Positions 32,104 to 42,577 are shown, counted from the first letter of the stretch. The stretch: DNA of 64,000 nt from Candidatus Binatia bacterium (GCA_963664015.2 CAXXLF010000002.1:1856001-1920000), one strand, 5' to 3'. The notes: generated from the letters alone by a model not told the origin. A program made the numbers and translations.

Positions 32104-34080
32104 ATGAACATTGAGCCGTTCGACAACAGCGATCTCTCCACGTGGCGTTCCTGGGGGCAGGACTACGTCAATGTCAATGACTCCGGTCACCTGGAGATTC
32201 TGCCGACGTCCAGTGGTGCCGGTAGGGTGGATCTCTCCGAGCTCGTCAGCGAGTTGCACAAGCAATCCATGAGCTTACCCATGCTCGTGCGCTTCCCGCA
32301 GATCATTGACTCCCAGATGAGCAAACTGCAAGACGCTTTCCGTGGCGCCATGCAGACCTTCAACTACAATTCTTCCTATACGTCTGTCTACCCGCTTAAG
32401 GTCAACCATAGCCCGGCCACGCTGTCACGGATTTGCCGAACCGGTAGCCAGTACGGTTTGGGACTCGAAGTCGGGACCAAAGCCGAACTCTGTGCCGCCC
32501 TGTCGCTGCTCAAGAAAGGTCAAGGCCCAATCCTCTGCAACGGATTCAAGGACGTCGCCTATCTGGAATTGGCCTCGACGGCCGCCGCCGCCGGTTACAC
32601 CGTCGTCGTATTGTTGGAACGGATCCGTGAGTTCGAACTCATCTGCGATATCACCGCCCGAGGTTTTACCTGCCCCGTACTGGGCGCCCGGGTCAAGCTC
32701 CACGCCAGTGGAACCGGCCGCTGGGAGGACTCTTCCGGTTATCTTTCCAAGTTTGGGTTGACCGCCTCCGAGCTGTTCGAGGTGACCCGTGGGCTCCGTG
32801 ATAGTAAACTCCTCAGCGCGCTGAAGGTATTGCACTTTCACCTGGGTTCTCAGATCACCAACATCCGAAAGTTCAAACAGGCTCTGCAGGAGGCCCTCCG
32901 GTTCTATGTCGAGCTTAAGAAGCTGGGAGTTCCACTGCACAGCCTCGACGTTGGCGGCGGACTGGGCATCGACTACGACGGGAGCAACAGCTCGTCAGAC
33001 TCCAGCGTCAACTACAACGTTCAAGAGTACGCCAACGACATCATCTACACGAGTAAGGAAGTGGCCGAGAAGTCGCGTATTCAAGAGCCGAATATCATCA
33101 CCGAGACAGGTCGCTTCCTGGTGGCGCATCATGTGGCGCTCTTGATCGATCCGTTGGAGCTGCCAGAGCGAAGTCAGAAGCCGCACCGGGCCAAGGGACG
33201 TACCTCCAACGTGGATGCGGTCAACGAGTTGGAGGACTTAGCGGTCGAAATCAACAGCAAGAATTGGCGCGAGTACCTGCATGACGCCTATCAGAAAAAG
33301 GACGAGATGCTCTCCGCCTTCTCTCTGGGCTTTCTCTCACTGGAGCAGCGGGCGCAGGCCGAGTCTGCCTTTACCCGGGTTGTCGAACTTGCGAGCCGGT
33401 ACGCAAAAACCGGGAAATTCGACAAGTCGGAACAGGTTGCACTGGAGCGTATCGCATCCAAGATGTACGCGTTCAACTTTTCTCTGTTCAAGTCCATGCC
33501 CGACGCCTGGATTCTCGACCAGCTGTTCCCCATTATGCCCGTATCCAGACTCAAAGAGGTTCCTACGATCAAGGCCATCATCGCAGATCTGACCTGCGAC
33601 TCGGACGGCGTGATCGATAAATTTGCCCACCCCCGTGAGGTCAAATCCACCATTGAGCTCCATTCGGAACCCTGGTCCGATTCCTATGCCCTGGCCGTTT
33701 TGTTTGTCGGTGCCTACCAAGAGGCCCTCGGTAGTACTCATAACCTCTTTGGCAATCCGGCAGAGGTTGTGGTCGAAGCCGATGAAAAAGAGGGCTTCAA
33801 GATACTCGAATTGAGCCAACCCCAGACCTGTCGTGAGATCCTTACTGAATGGGGATTTAACGGTGAGCTGCCCACCCGGGACGGCAAGTCGCTTCCCAAG
33901 ATCGTTGCCGCAGGCCTTAATAACGCTGCGACTTCTGCAGGCGATGAAAAGCTTCGACTCGCACTTGCCGACCTCCTGGACGGAAGTACTTATCTAAAGC
34001 AATCCAATGCTGCGAATGAAGGCGAGATCTCCCTACCCCAGGGTAAGGTAGCCGGTAAGGTAGCCGGTAAGGGTCGGTAA
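32104..34080 (+). CDS. speA: Biosynthetic arginine decarboxylase
   Basis: VYPLKVN (PLP lysine), GLEVGTKAEL, CNGFKD, KFGL, HFHLGSQI, DVGGGLGIDYDG and DLTCDSDG. Confidence 0.95.
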   Translation: MNIEPFDNSDLSTWRSWGQDYVNVNDSGHLEILPTSSGAGRVDLSELVSELHKQSMSLPMLVRFPQIIDSQMSKLQDAFRGAMQTFNYNSSYTSVYPLKVNHSPATLSRICRTGSQYGLGLEVGTKAELCAALSLLKKGQGPILCNGFKDVAYLELASTAAAAGYTVVVLLERIREFELICDITARGFTCPVLGARVKLHASGTGRWEDSSGYLSKFGLTASELFEVTRGLRDSKLLSALKVLHFHLGSQITNIRKFKQALQEALRFYVELKKLGVPLHSLDVGGGLGIDYDGSNSSSDSSVNYNVQEYANDIIYTSKEVAEKSRIQEPNIITETGRFLVAHHVALLIDPLELPERSQKPHRAKGRTSNVDAVNELEDLAVEINSKNWREYLHDAYQKKDEMLSAFSLGFLSLEQRAQAESAFTRVVELASRYAKTGKFDKSEQVALERIASKMYAFNFSLFKSMPDAWILDQLFPIMPVSRLKEVPTIKAIIADLTCDSDGVIDKFAHPREVKSTIELHSEPWSDSYALAVLFVGAYQEALGSTHNLFGNPAEVVVEADEKEGFKILELSQPQTCREILTEWGFNGELPTRDGKSLPKIVAAGLNNAATSAGDEKLRLALADLLDGSTYLKQSNAANEGEISLPQGKVAGKVAGKGR

Positions 34081-34093
34081 GAACTTCCCACAG

Positions 34094-34270
34094 CAGGCTA
34101 CTGAAAAAGCCGCATATGCTTCGTTGCGCTCAATCGTCTCGTTCCAACGTACCACGCAAGTACGCCTCTGCTCACCGATGTTTCGCGCGCCGCTCGGCTG
34201 AGCTCGCGCCCAAGCCTCGCCTCTGAGATCTTTTTGAGCAGTCTGCCAACATAGTTTTTCAGCAACCTAC
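34094..34270. mobile_element. MITE-like element copy 1, with 25-nt nested insertion and an extra right end
   Basis: Termini CAGGCTACTGAAAAAG and CTTTTTGAGCAGTCTG (ends 34245), plus TTTTTCAGCAACCT; body aligns with the reverse complement of 43929-44055. Confidence 0.7.
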
Positions 34271-34303
34271 TCGTGCTCTGCTCGATACTTTTCGGCGAAT
34301 TGC

Positions 34304-34951
34304 CTAGAGGACTTTCTCGGCGAGCCAGTTGGACAGGTCGTTGAGAGTAGGGCCGCTGATTTCATGGCCCATGGGGTATTCGTGGTAGGTCACCGGGATG
34401 CCCAAGCGCTGTAGCGCTGCGGTTGCCTCGCGAGCTCTATCAACCGGGATCATGCTGTCGTTGGAACCGTGTTGGATCAGCGTGGGTAAGCTCTGGGCTG
34501 ACGAGGCGCCAGACAGTTTCTCGAGTAACTCGGGGGCCAGTCGACTGCTCATGGCGACTAGCGCGGCAAACCGCTGGGGCTCTTCGAGGGCCAGGCTGTA
34601 GGCCATCACCCCGCCCTGGCTGAAACCTAAAACGACAAATTTGGCCGGATCAATAGGGTAACGCTCCATACAGGCATCGATGAATTCTTTCAGTTGATCA
34701 CGTGCCGATAGGATGGGGCCCACGTCGGCCTGTCCCTGCCTGGAGGAGGAAAACCAGGCGTACCCCATGGTCGCCGCTCCAGGGGGGACTTCCAGAGTGG
34801 CTTGAGGACAGATCATAAGAAACCGGCCGTTGCAGAGGTAAGGCGCGATTCCCATGAGATCCAGGGCATTGGCGCCCCGGCCGTGCATGGCCAGGATCGT
34901 GGGATGGGGCCCCTCTCCTTTAGGTTGAAAAACTGTGTGAACAAGATTCAT
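34304..34951 (-). CDS. Phospholipase/carboxylesterase
   Basis: MHGRGAN, GFSQGG, HGSND and MGHEI catalytic motifs. Confidence 0.9.
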   Translation of the reverse strand: MNLVHTVFQPKGEGPHPTILAMHGRGANALDLMGIAPYLCNGRFLMICPQATLEVPPGAATMGYAWFSSSRQGQADVGPILSARDQLKEFIDACMERYPIDPAKFVVLGFSQGGVMAYSLALEEPQRFAALVAMSSRLAPELLEKLSGASSAQSLPTLIQHGSNDSMIPVDRAREATAALQRLGIPVTYHEYPMGHEISGPTLNDLSNWLAEKVL

Positions 34952-34956
34952 GTCGC

Positions 34957-36618
34957 TTACTCCAATGAAGACTTTTTGTATTCGGTCTTCAGCTCGGAAG
35001 CCAGGCGGCCAAGGCGGTAGGTCTTCCAGTCAATAAACCTTGCCGTATGGTACAGGCTCGGGTGGACCTCACGGATCTTCCGCCACATCTGCTGCGCGAT
35101 CAACCGGTAATCCGGATGGCCCTGCGGCATAGTGCGAAGCTCGCAGATGAAGATCGCCTCACGCAGGTTCATTTTCATGGTCCATCGGATCTTATAGGCG
35201 AAGGGTACGACATACTGAGCCTCGTACGGCAGGTCCCGGTGTATCTTCTCGTATAGCCGAGCGGCCTTTTCCATGCAGTGATCGAAATCCGGCTGAAAGC
35301 CCGACTCCTTGATCTCAGGAGGCGTATCGTAACCGTGGACCGTCGTGAAGTCCTGCCGTTCCTGGGTGAGGATTCGATGGCGCTGGAGGTCCCGATAGGC
35401 GCCCAGGTTTCCCAGGATGTCGAAGGTGTAGTAGACCTGCTCGAGGGCCCGCCCCGGCTTGTCCCTTCGGTGACGGCGTCTTTTGATATACTCATCGAGG
35501 ACCGCTTTACGTTGCCGCGCGGTCATCTTTCTCACCAGCTGTTTGAGCTGCTCGAGTGAATGCTGAGAATGGGGATATAGTATCGCCGCAATAATCTTCT
35601 CTTCGGCCTTCTGGTCATAGTCCACCAAGACCACCGCCTCCTTTGTCTTCGCGGGAGGAGCCTTGACGATCTTCTGCGTGAGTGCGCGAGTCTTCGCGTA
35701 GGTCTGAGCCATGAACTCGCTCGACTTCGCCCGTTTGACGAACGAAGGTATGAGCTGGTTCAGCTCCCCGTGGATCCCAGCGGCCAGCTCCGTGTACTCG
35801 GTTAACTCGTTGGAATAGAGCTTGGTGAGCAAATACTCGAAGGCCTGGCCCACACCGAAAAACCCCACATTGGTCAATGTGGCCGCTGGTAGGTAAGAGC
35901 GCAACACGTCGCAGGCGTGGGCCCGGATGGTTGAGCGGTACGCCGTCTCGGCCCATTTTCTAAGTTTGTCGTCTTTTTGCGCTTCCTTATAAGTGATAGT
36001 TCCACCGGACTGAGGGTTTCGCAATTCGACCTTCTCTATGGGAAGGGTTTTCTTGACAAATTCGATGATGGGATCGATCTGGCGCGAATAGGTTTCGAAG
36101 AGTAGCTTCATCAACTCGACATAGCTCTCCCCATGGGGTGAGGCCATGATCTTTGGCTCGCGGTAGAACAGGTAATCGCCACGTTCGTCCTTCTGGTCGA
36201 AGCGGACATAGCGGGTGGACTTCTCGAGGGGAGCGATGCCGATGCGGGCATCCTCGAGGAACTTTACGGCGACGTTAGAGATTCGCTCGCAGGCAATATG
36301 GGCTCCACCCAGTTGGGCTACCGAGTCATCGCCATAACCGACCAGGACCCTATCGTAAAACGCCCGTGCCTTCTTGAGGGCCGTGTTCCCTTCGCCACCG
36401 GCTGATTGGCTTCCCAGGAGATCACTGAGGGCGAGCTCCGGATCACCGAGGAACTCATCTAGAAAAGTGCGTCGGAGGCTTTTGTTGGAGCGGCTGTAGC
36501 GGGAGAAGAGTGCACCGGCGACCTCCTGCGGTAGCTTGAGACCAAAGACCGGGCTCTCGATGTTAGTAAAAAATGGAGCGAGGCTCTTTCGTTCGGCCTC
36601 GGTGAAAGTTTCACTCAT
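34957..36618 (-). CDS. thyX: FAD-dependent thymidylate synthase, tandem two-domain form
   Basis: 553 aa; SRYSRS, YGDDSVAQL, EKSTRYV, YRDLQRHR and ELRTMPQGHPDYR. Confidence 0.87.
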   Translation of the reverse strand: MSETFTEAERKSLAPFFTNIESPVFGLKLPQEVAGALFSRYSRSNKSLRRTFLDEFLGDPELALSDLLGSQSAGGEGNTALKKARAFYDRVLVGYGDDSVAQLGGAHIACERISNVAVKFLEDARIGIAPLEKSTRYVRFDQKDERGDYLFYREPKIMASPHGESYVELMKLLFETYSRQIDPIIEFVKKTLPIEKVELRNPQSGGTITYKEAQKDDKLRKWAETAYRSTIRAHACDVLRSYLPAATLTNVGFFGVGQAFEYLLTKLYSNELTEYTELAAGIHGELNQLIPSFVKRAKSSEFMAQTYAKTRALTQKIVKAPPAKTKEAVVLVDYDQKAEEKIIAAILYPHSQHSLEQLKQLVRKMTARQRKAVLDEYIKRRRHRRDKPGRALEQVYYTFDILGNLGAYRDLQRHRILTQERQDFTTVHGYDTPPEIKESGFQPDFDHCMEKAARLYEKIHRDLPYEAQYVVPFAYKIRWTMKMNLREAIFICELRTMPQGHPDYRLIAQQMWRKIREVHPSLYHTARFIDWKTYRLGRLASELKTEYKKSSLE

Positions 36619-36735
36619 CTTAGTTGATAGTTTTTTTTAGACTCAAACGATTTATGCTGCATTTGGCGAAAAAATATTACTTAAGTTTCGAAGTTAACTT
36701 CGCCTCTTGAGGCGGGCACAAAGCCGATGGGGTTT

Positions 36736-36768
36736 CCCAAGGGGAGAAGCGGTAGCTATCCCCTTGGG
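36736..36768. repeat. GC-rich REP-like hairpin
   Basis: CCCAAGGGGA-GAAGCGGTAGCTA-TCCCCTTGGG between the FAD oxidoreductase and thyX. Confidence 0.45.
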
Positions 36769-36782
36769 TCAAACACGGGGAT

Positions 36783-37970
36783 TCAAACCCCATGTTCGAT
36801 ATAAGTTGATTGAGCATTATTTCTTAGCACAGAATGGATCAACGGGCGAGTCGGGAATGGGCATTTAGAAGAGATCCGGATGAGCGGGCGAAGCAGGGCA
36901 GGGTGGGTCACCAGCGTGCGAATGACCGTGTTTGTTTTTCGCCGCCACGATAGAGATCGTTGCCAAGCAGCCTCGTAACGAGCCGCCTGATTGGCCGAGC
37001 GATCGCCTTTAACGAACCCTTGGTGGATCACTTGGGCGGCGATTGCCCCGCTCTTGAGAGCGAAGTAGATTCCCTCGCCGGTGATAGGCTCAGGCGCGTA
37101 GGCCGCATCTCCCACGAGGACAAACCCCTGTCCAAAAGACCTGCGCCGGGAAGCATGCACGGGATATACAGAGCGAATGCCACCGACGCGGTGGCTTCCC
37201 TTCAGGGCCTCTTTTAAACGCGGGTTGTGGATTAGACACTCATTGATCACCTCTTCCACGGGCAAAGGATTTTTAAGCTTGAGTGTCTCTAGGGTAAGGC
37301 AGAGATTGGCCATACCGCCGCCGATTTCCACGAGACCGCCGTAGCCGCCGGGAAAGAGGTGGATCTGGACCTCACCGTCCAGTTGTTTTACCCCTTGAAG
37401 GTGAAGTTGGAAGCCCGCATATCGCCTCCCCCGTTGATGGGCTTTTGCCAATCCCAGAAGCTGAGCTACCCGTGAATGTCTGCCGTCGGCACCGATGAGA
37501 AAGGTCGGTCGCAACGTTCTCTGGCCTGACGAATCGATGAGTTCAACGGACCAATGGTCTTCGGCCTGCTTTAGCGCTTTCACTTTGTTCCCCTGGAAGA
37601 TCGTTACCCCAGCTTGGATTGCTCGTTTTAGCAGGAGATAGTCCAGATGGTAGCGGCTGACGCCAAGTCCGAAGGAGGGTTGCCCCTGCTGCACGGGAAA
37701 TGGAAACATCGCTGACCCGCCGCTATCCGCTGAGATGCGGAACGTGGCGACCCTCTGATGTCCCAGGGCGAATAGCTCGTCGGCAACGCCTAGCCGCTCG
37801 AGGAGGGGCCAGTTAATGGGATTCAAGAAGTCGCCGCAGAGCTTGTGCCGCGGGAAGGTGCATTTGTCCACGAGGCACACCGAATACCCTCTTGCTGCCA
37901 GCAGGGTGGCGGCCGATGAGCCCGCCGGACCGGCACCGATGATACCTATGTCAAAGCGATGGGCCGTCAT
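36783..37970 (-). CDS. FAD-dependent oxidoreductase (geranylgeranyl reductase/monooxygenase family)
   Basis: IGAGPAGS, FPRHKLCGD, IGADGRHS and VGDAA..EPITGEGIYFA; start overlaps the methyltransferase stop. Confidence 0.88.
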   Translation of the reverse strand: MTAHRFDIGIIGAGPAGSSAATLLAARGYSVCLVDKCTFPRHKLCGDFLNPINWPLLERLGVADELFALGHQRVATFRISADSGGSAMFPFPVQQGQPSFGLGVSRYHLDYLLLKRAIQAGVTIFQGNKVKALKQAEDHWSVELIDSSGQRTLRPTFLIGADGRHSRVAQLLGLAKAHQRGRRYAGFQLHLQGVKQLDGEVQIHLFPGGYGGLVEIGGGMANLCLTLETLKLKNPLPVEEVINECLIHNPRLKEALKGSHRVGGIRSVYPVHASRRRSFGQGFVLVGDAAYAPEPITGEGIYFALKSGAIAAQVIHQGFVKGDRSANQAARYEAAWQRSLSWRRKTNTVIRTLVTHPALLRPLIRISSKCPFPTRPLIHSVLRNNAQSTYIEHGV

Positions 37971-38671
37971 TTTCCTAACTCGAACCGGGCAAAAACGCGG
38001 AAGGGAAAGAGGTGTCTCAGGTCGAATGGAGCTACCGCTGCGCGGTTGAAGAGATCCTTCCACTCCCCTAAGGTCAACGCCCGTCGAACCGATAGGGGGC
38101 CGTCATTGCGGGTCAGCGGATTGCGGGTGAGTAGCCGCGTAAAGATCAGGATGCCCATGTAGGCCAAGGGATGGCGGATCAGGTCGCTGACTATAATTCC
38201 TCTCCGAGCCAGGGTCTTCCATGTCCTCAAGAGTACGATGATCTCTTCGTCGGAGAAGTGGTGTAGGACCTGAGAGGTGAAAACAAAATCGAATGAGGAG
38301 GGAGAAAGCGGAGGATAAAAGGCATCTCCGATCACAATGGAGATCTCTGGAAACTCTTTGGTCTCGGCCCGGGCCAACCGTGCGGTGACCGGGTTGGGTT
38401 CAAGCCCCACGACGCGCACCGGGATCCCCCTTCGCCTGGCCCACCGCACCAGGGTTACCGGGATGTCGCCCGAACCGGTCCCGACATCGAGAATGGAGAA
38501 GGATCTGACCTTGTTGTCTTTTGCCCACCTAGCGAGGCAGCGCAGTAGACCCCGGTAGGCCCCGAGGGTGCGGTTGATGGTCCGGAGATGACGAAGGTCC
38601 TCTTCCAAGCGAAATGGGGCGACCCCGGCCATATCCATCATCTCTTGATCAAAGCTGCGCTTCAATGCCAT
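37967..38671 (-). CDS. SAM-dependent methyltransferase of the type usually beside type III PKS
   Basis: RSFDQEMMD, ILDVGTGSGDIP, LHHFSD and DGPLSVRRA. Confidence 0.85.
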   Translation of the reverse strand: MALKRSFDQEMMDMAGVAPFRLEEDLRHLRTINRTLGAYRGLLRCLARWAKDNKVRSFSILDVGTGSGDIPVTLVRWARRRGIPVRVVGLEPNPVTARLARAETKEFPEISIVIGDAFYPPLSPSSFDFVFTSQVLHHFSDEEIIVLLRTWKTLARRGIIVSDLIRHPLAYMGILIFTRLLTRNPLTRNDGPLSVRRALTLGEWKDLFNRAAVAPFDLRHLFPFRVFARFELGK

Positions 38672-39947
38672 TCCCCCTGCCGACCACCAACGCCGAGTTT
38701 TTCGACCCGAAGCCGATGCAATTGCAAAGCGCAATGTCGACTTCCCGAGCCAGTCCATGGTTGGGAATGTAGTTCAGGTCGCATTCGGGATCCGGTTCGT
38801 CGTAGTTGATAGTGGGCGGGAGAAAACCGTGGTTCATGCCGAGGATCGCTGCCGTAACACCGGCGGCCCCGGACGCCCCTTGGGGGTGTCCCACCATCGA
38901 CTTGATGGAACTCATGGGTATGTCGTAGGCCCTGCGACTGAAACATAGCCGTGCCGCCTGGGACTCGGTCTTGTCGTTCAAAACGGTAGAAGTGCCGTGG
39001 AGAGCGATGTAACCCACCTCGTCCTTGGCAAGCCCGGCGTCTTGAATGGCTTGGGTCATGGCCCGCGAAGGCTCCTCCCCGTTGGGATCCAGCCGAACTG
39101 CATGATAGGCGTCACAGGTAGAACTGTAGCCAAGGATCTTAGCCAGGATGGGTGCGCCCCGTTCCATGGCCCGGTCCCTTTCTTCGAGGATCAGTATCCA
39201 GGCTCCTTCGCCGAGGACAAAGCCGTCCCGTCCACGGTCGAAGGGACGGGAGGCCATATGGGGACTCTGGTTGTGAGAGGAAGATACAGCGCGCATGATC
39301 GTAAATCCATTGACGATAGCCGGAGTAATCGTCGCGTCGACGCCACCGGTAACAAGGTGATCGACGAGGCCGAAGCGGATCAGATTGAAAGCATACCCCA
39401 TAGCATCCGTCGAGCTGGTGCATCCGGTAGAGATGACATGGCTCGGGCCCTTCAAATTAAAGTTGAGCGAGATCTCGCTTGAAAGGGCGCCCAGGGTCGA
39501 ACTCGAGATATTGTAGGCACTGGTTTTTCGCACCTGGTCGGAAAAGTAGAGTCGGTACTGCTCCTCGGTGAAGTCAGCCGCCCCGCCACCACTGCCGAGG
39601 ACCACTCCCCAGGAGCGCTGCTCATCCAGTGTCATGCCCCCGGTATCGACCCGCGCCGATTGGAGTGCTTCGCTAACAGCAGCGATCGCAAGCATAGCGG
39701 AACGACCCAGGCGCTTTAGGTCTTTAGGGGAGAGGAAGGCCTCCGGGTGAAAATCCTTGACCTCCCCGGCGATCTGGCAGGTGAGACCCGAGGGGTCGAA
39801 ACGGCTGATCTTATCCACACCGCTGACGCCCTGTTTGGTGGCCTGCCAGAAGGCCTTTGCCCCGTTCCCGTTGGGGCTCAAGACCCCTATGCCGGTAACG
39901 ACCACCCTGCGCCGTCGAACCTGGTTGCCGTTGGTTTCCCTATTCAC
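38649..39947 (-). CDS. Beta-ketoacyl synthase (FabF/KS-alpha-like)
   Basis: VVVTGIG, STGCTSS (catalytic Cys), SRPFDRGRDGFVLGEG, HGTST and KSMVGH. Confidence 0.9.
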   Translation of the reverse strand: MNRETNGNQVRRRRVVVTGIGVLSPNGNGAKAFWQATKQGVSGVDKISRFDPSGLTCQIAGEVKDFHPEAFLSPKDLKRLGRSAMLAIAAVSEALQSARVDTGGMTLDEQRSWGVVLGSGGGAADFTEEQYRLYFSDQVRKTSAYNISSSTLGALSSEISLNFNLKGPSHVISTGCTSSTDAMGYAFNLIRFGLVDHLVTGGVDATITPAIVNGFTIMRAVSSSHNQSPHMASRPFDRGRDGFVLGEGAWILILEERDRAMERGAPILAKILGYSSTCDAYHAVRLDPNGEEPSRAMTQAIQDAGLAKDEVGYIALHGTSTVLNDKTESQAARLCFSRRAYDIPMSSIKSMVGHPQGASGAAGVTAAILGMNHGFLPPTINYDEPDPECDLNYIPNHGLAREVDIALCNCIGFGSKNSALVVGRGNGIEAQL

Positions 39948-40091
39948 CTCGACTCCTCAATGGGTCTCCGGATCAATCGAGGCCCAATCCCTGTTTATCG
40001 TATTTCGTACCGTTTTGAAACTAGTAAATTTTGGGGTTCCGTCAGGAGATATTCACGTTATAATGCCAGGGTCGGAAGTTCTCAATTGAAA

Positions 40092-41054
40092 ATGGATAAG
40101 ACGATCCGTTCCAAACCTCTCATAGGGATCAGCAGCTGTCTGCTGGGAAACAAGGTACGCCACGACGGTGGGCACAAGCGGGACCTATATATCACGAATA
40201 CCCTGGGGGCCTATGTGGAGTGGGTCCCCGTCTGTCCCGAATTCGAGGTCGGCATGGGGATCCCGCGGGAGACGGTGCGGCTAGTGGGTAGTCCAGCGAA
40301 CCCGCGCATGATTGCCGAACGGTCGGGAAGAGATTGGACAAGACAGATGCAAGACTTCGCCCGTATGCGCATCAAACGGCTCAAAGAGATGGGTATCTCC
40401 GGCTATATCCTGAAGAAGAATTCTCCCAGTTGCGGTATGGAAGGGGTTCAGGTCTACAGTCCGAGCGGTAGGCCCAACCGGCAGGGTCGTGGGCTCTTCG
40501 CCCGGTCCCTCATAACAAAGCTTCCACTTCTGCCCGTGGAAGAAGAGGGTCGTCTGGTCGCCCCACATCTTAGGGAGAACTTCATGGAGCGCGTCTTCGC
40601 GTACCACCGATGGCAGTCGATTGTCGCAGGGCACAAGTCATTGGGCCGGCTAAGGGAGTTTCACAGCCAGGAGAAACTCCTGATTCTCGCCCACAGTGAA
40701 GCCCATATGCGCCGCCTCGGACTGATCGTAGCCCAAGGTAAAGCAAAACCTTTGGGAGCCGTTATAGAAGAGTACGGGAGCCTCTACATGGCGGCCCTGG
40801 CTCATCGGACCACGGCCCGCCAGCACACCAAAGTCTTGGAGCACATGTTAGGCTACATCTCCAAGGCGCTTACGCCTGACGAGCGCCAAGAGCTGCTTGG
40901 TGTGGTTCGAGACTATCACCGAGGCCTCGTGCCTCTAGTGGTACCCCTGACCCTGATTCGTCATTACGCTGGAAAATATGATGCCGCCGATCTCTGGGGA
41001 CAGAGCTATCTACAGCCTCATCTTAAGGAGTTGATGCTACGACATCATGTGTGA
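40092..41054 (+). CDS. DUF523 (TudS-like) plus DUF1722 (YbgA-like) protein
   Basis: GISSCLLGNKVRHDGGHK, VCPEFE, KNSPSCG, VEEEGRL..RENF and ELMLRHHV. Confidence 0.9.
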   Translation: MDKTIRSKPLIGISSCLLGNKVRHDGGHKRDLYITNTLGAYVEWVPVCPEFEVGMGIPRETVRLVGSPANPRMIAERSGRDWTRQMQDFARMRIKRLKEMGISGYILKKNSPSCGMEGVQVYSPSGRPNRQGRGLFARSLITKLPLLPVEEEGRLVAPHLRENFMERVFAYHRWQSIVAGHKSLGRLREFHSQEKLLILAHSEAHMRRLGLIVAQGKAKPLGAVIEEYGSLYMAALAHRTTARQHTKVLEHMLGYISKALTPDERQELLGVVRDYHRGLVPLVVPLTLIRHYAGKYDAADLWGQSYLQPHLKELMLRHHV

Positions 41055-41103
41055 ACCTGCGCGCAACAAGGAGGCCAGGTAAGGAGGCGAGGTTATAAAG
41101 GTT

Positions 41104-42006
41104 ATGAAAGTTATCGTTGCTGGTGGAACAGGTTTTATTGGTTCGACCCTATGTGATCGATTAACGGAGATTGGGTATTCGCCTGTCTTGCTTTCGCAAC
41201 GGCCCACACCCCATCACGGCGCATCTAACAGGCAATGGATCACGTGGATTCCTGGTGAATCCGGTCCCTGGGAACAGGCCCTGGAGGGTGCACACGCCGT
41301 GATCAACCTCGCAGGAGAGCCCATTCCCGCCAAGCGGTGGACCCCGTCGCAAAAGGAAAAGATCCGGGCCAGTCGCGTCAACACGACCCGGGCGCTGGTC
41401 GCGGCCATTGGCAAGGCCAAAATGAAACCCGAGATTCTACTCAATGCATCGGCCATTGGATATTACGGTCCCTGTGGTGACGAAACGGTCGTAGAGGATA
41501 CCGAGCCGGGTGGCGGCTTTGTTTCCCAGGTCTGTATCCAGTGGGAAGCGGAGGCAAAGAAGGCGGAGGAATATGGCGTCCGTGTAGTTTTGCTCCGTAC
41601 CGGTATCGTCCTCGGGCAGGGAGGGGGTGCCTTGGCCAAGATGCTCCTCCCTTTCAAGCTATTTATAGGAGGGCCACTGGGGACGGGACGGCAGTGGTTT
41701 TCATGGATTCATATGGAAGACGAGGTCGGGCTCATTGTTCACTTACTGCAAAAAGGGAATGCAACCGGAGCAGTCAATGCCACCGCGCCAAACCCGGTCA
41801 CCATGAAGGAGTTCTGCCGGACACTGGGAAAGGTATTGGGTAGGCCTTCTTGGGCACCGGTCCCTTCCTTTATGCTTCGCCTATTAACAGGAGAGATGGC
41901 CGATGTGATTATCACCGGCCAGCGAGTATTGCCAGAAAAGGCTAAAAAACTGGGTTACACCTTTAAATACCCCGACCTGTTCGACGCTCTGCAGGCCTCG
42001 GTGTAA
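41104..42006 (+). CDS. TIGR01777 family NAD-dependent epimerase (YfcH-like)
   Basis: GGTGFIG, VINLAGE, SRVNTT, ASAIGYYG, LRTGIVL and WIHMED. Confidence 0.92.
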   Translation: MKVIVAGGTGFIGSTLCDRLTEIGYSPVLLSQRPTPHHGASNRQWITWIPGESGPWEQALEGAHAVINLAGEPIPAKRWTPSQKEKIRASRVNTTRALVAAIGKAKMKPEILLNASAIGYYGPCGDETVVEDTEPGGGFVSQVCIQWEAEAKKAEEYGVRVVLLRTGIVLGQGGGALAKMLLPFKLFIGGPLGTGRQWFSWIHMEDEVGLIVHLLQKGNATGAVNATAPNPVTMKEFCRTLGKVLGRPSWAPVPSFMLRLLTGEMADVIITGQRVLPEKAKKLGYTFKYPDLFDALQASV

Positions 42007-42019
42007 GCTGCAAAGCGCT

Positions 42020-42420
42020 AGGAGCCTGAAGTCAGAGATCAGCGATCAGAGGTCAGCTTCGAATTAATGTCAGTCTTTAGTTTTCAGTAATCAGTCTTCA
42101 GTTCTCAGTATTCGGATCCGGATTTTTTACCGCAGATTTACGCAGATAACCAGAGAAGAGCTATTATTACGCCAAGTCGCCAAGGCCGCAAAAAAAAGAT
42201 ATCTTTATTTTTTGTTTGTCGGGAGATGACGACAAACAAAAGGACTCCCCCTCCACTCCTCCGTGGTCAGTCCTAAGTCTGCGCTAATCGGCGGCTATAT
42301 TTTTTAAATCTTTTCTCTGCGTACTCTGCGCCTTTACGGTGAATAATCCATGCTTTCTTTTGCTTGGCTGACTACTGATGACTGACACCTGATAGTTATT
42401 ACCGTTCTCCGACCTCTGGC
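42020..42420. repeat. Modular nested palindromic element G
   Basis: Outer GTCAGAGATCAG/CCGACCTCTGGC; TCAGTAATCAGT/ACTACTGATGACTGA; ACCGCAGATTTACGCAGAT/TCTGCGCTAATCGGCGG; central hairpin 42210-42241. Confidence 0.8.
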
Positions 42421-42577
42421 CGGATGGATTGACACCCGCGCACACTTGGCGTAAGGAAATGGGCGGGCGTTACGCGCTTCGCCAAATACTGAACTTAGGT
42501 TAATAATTCCGGAGTTGAAGGCTGACAGCAGTATTTTCTCAGTACTCGTAACTCGTTAATGGTGGAAGGAGGTCCCC

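Noticed and set aside
34042-34072. 12-nt tandem repeat GGTAAGGTAGCC at the end of speA
   Set aside because: Real, but only a short in-frame slippage duplication in a variable C-terminal tail.
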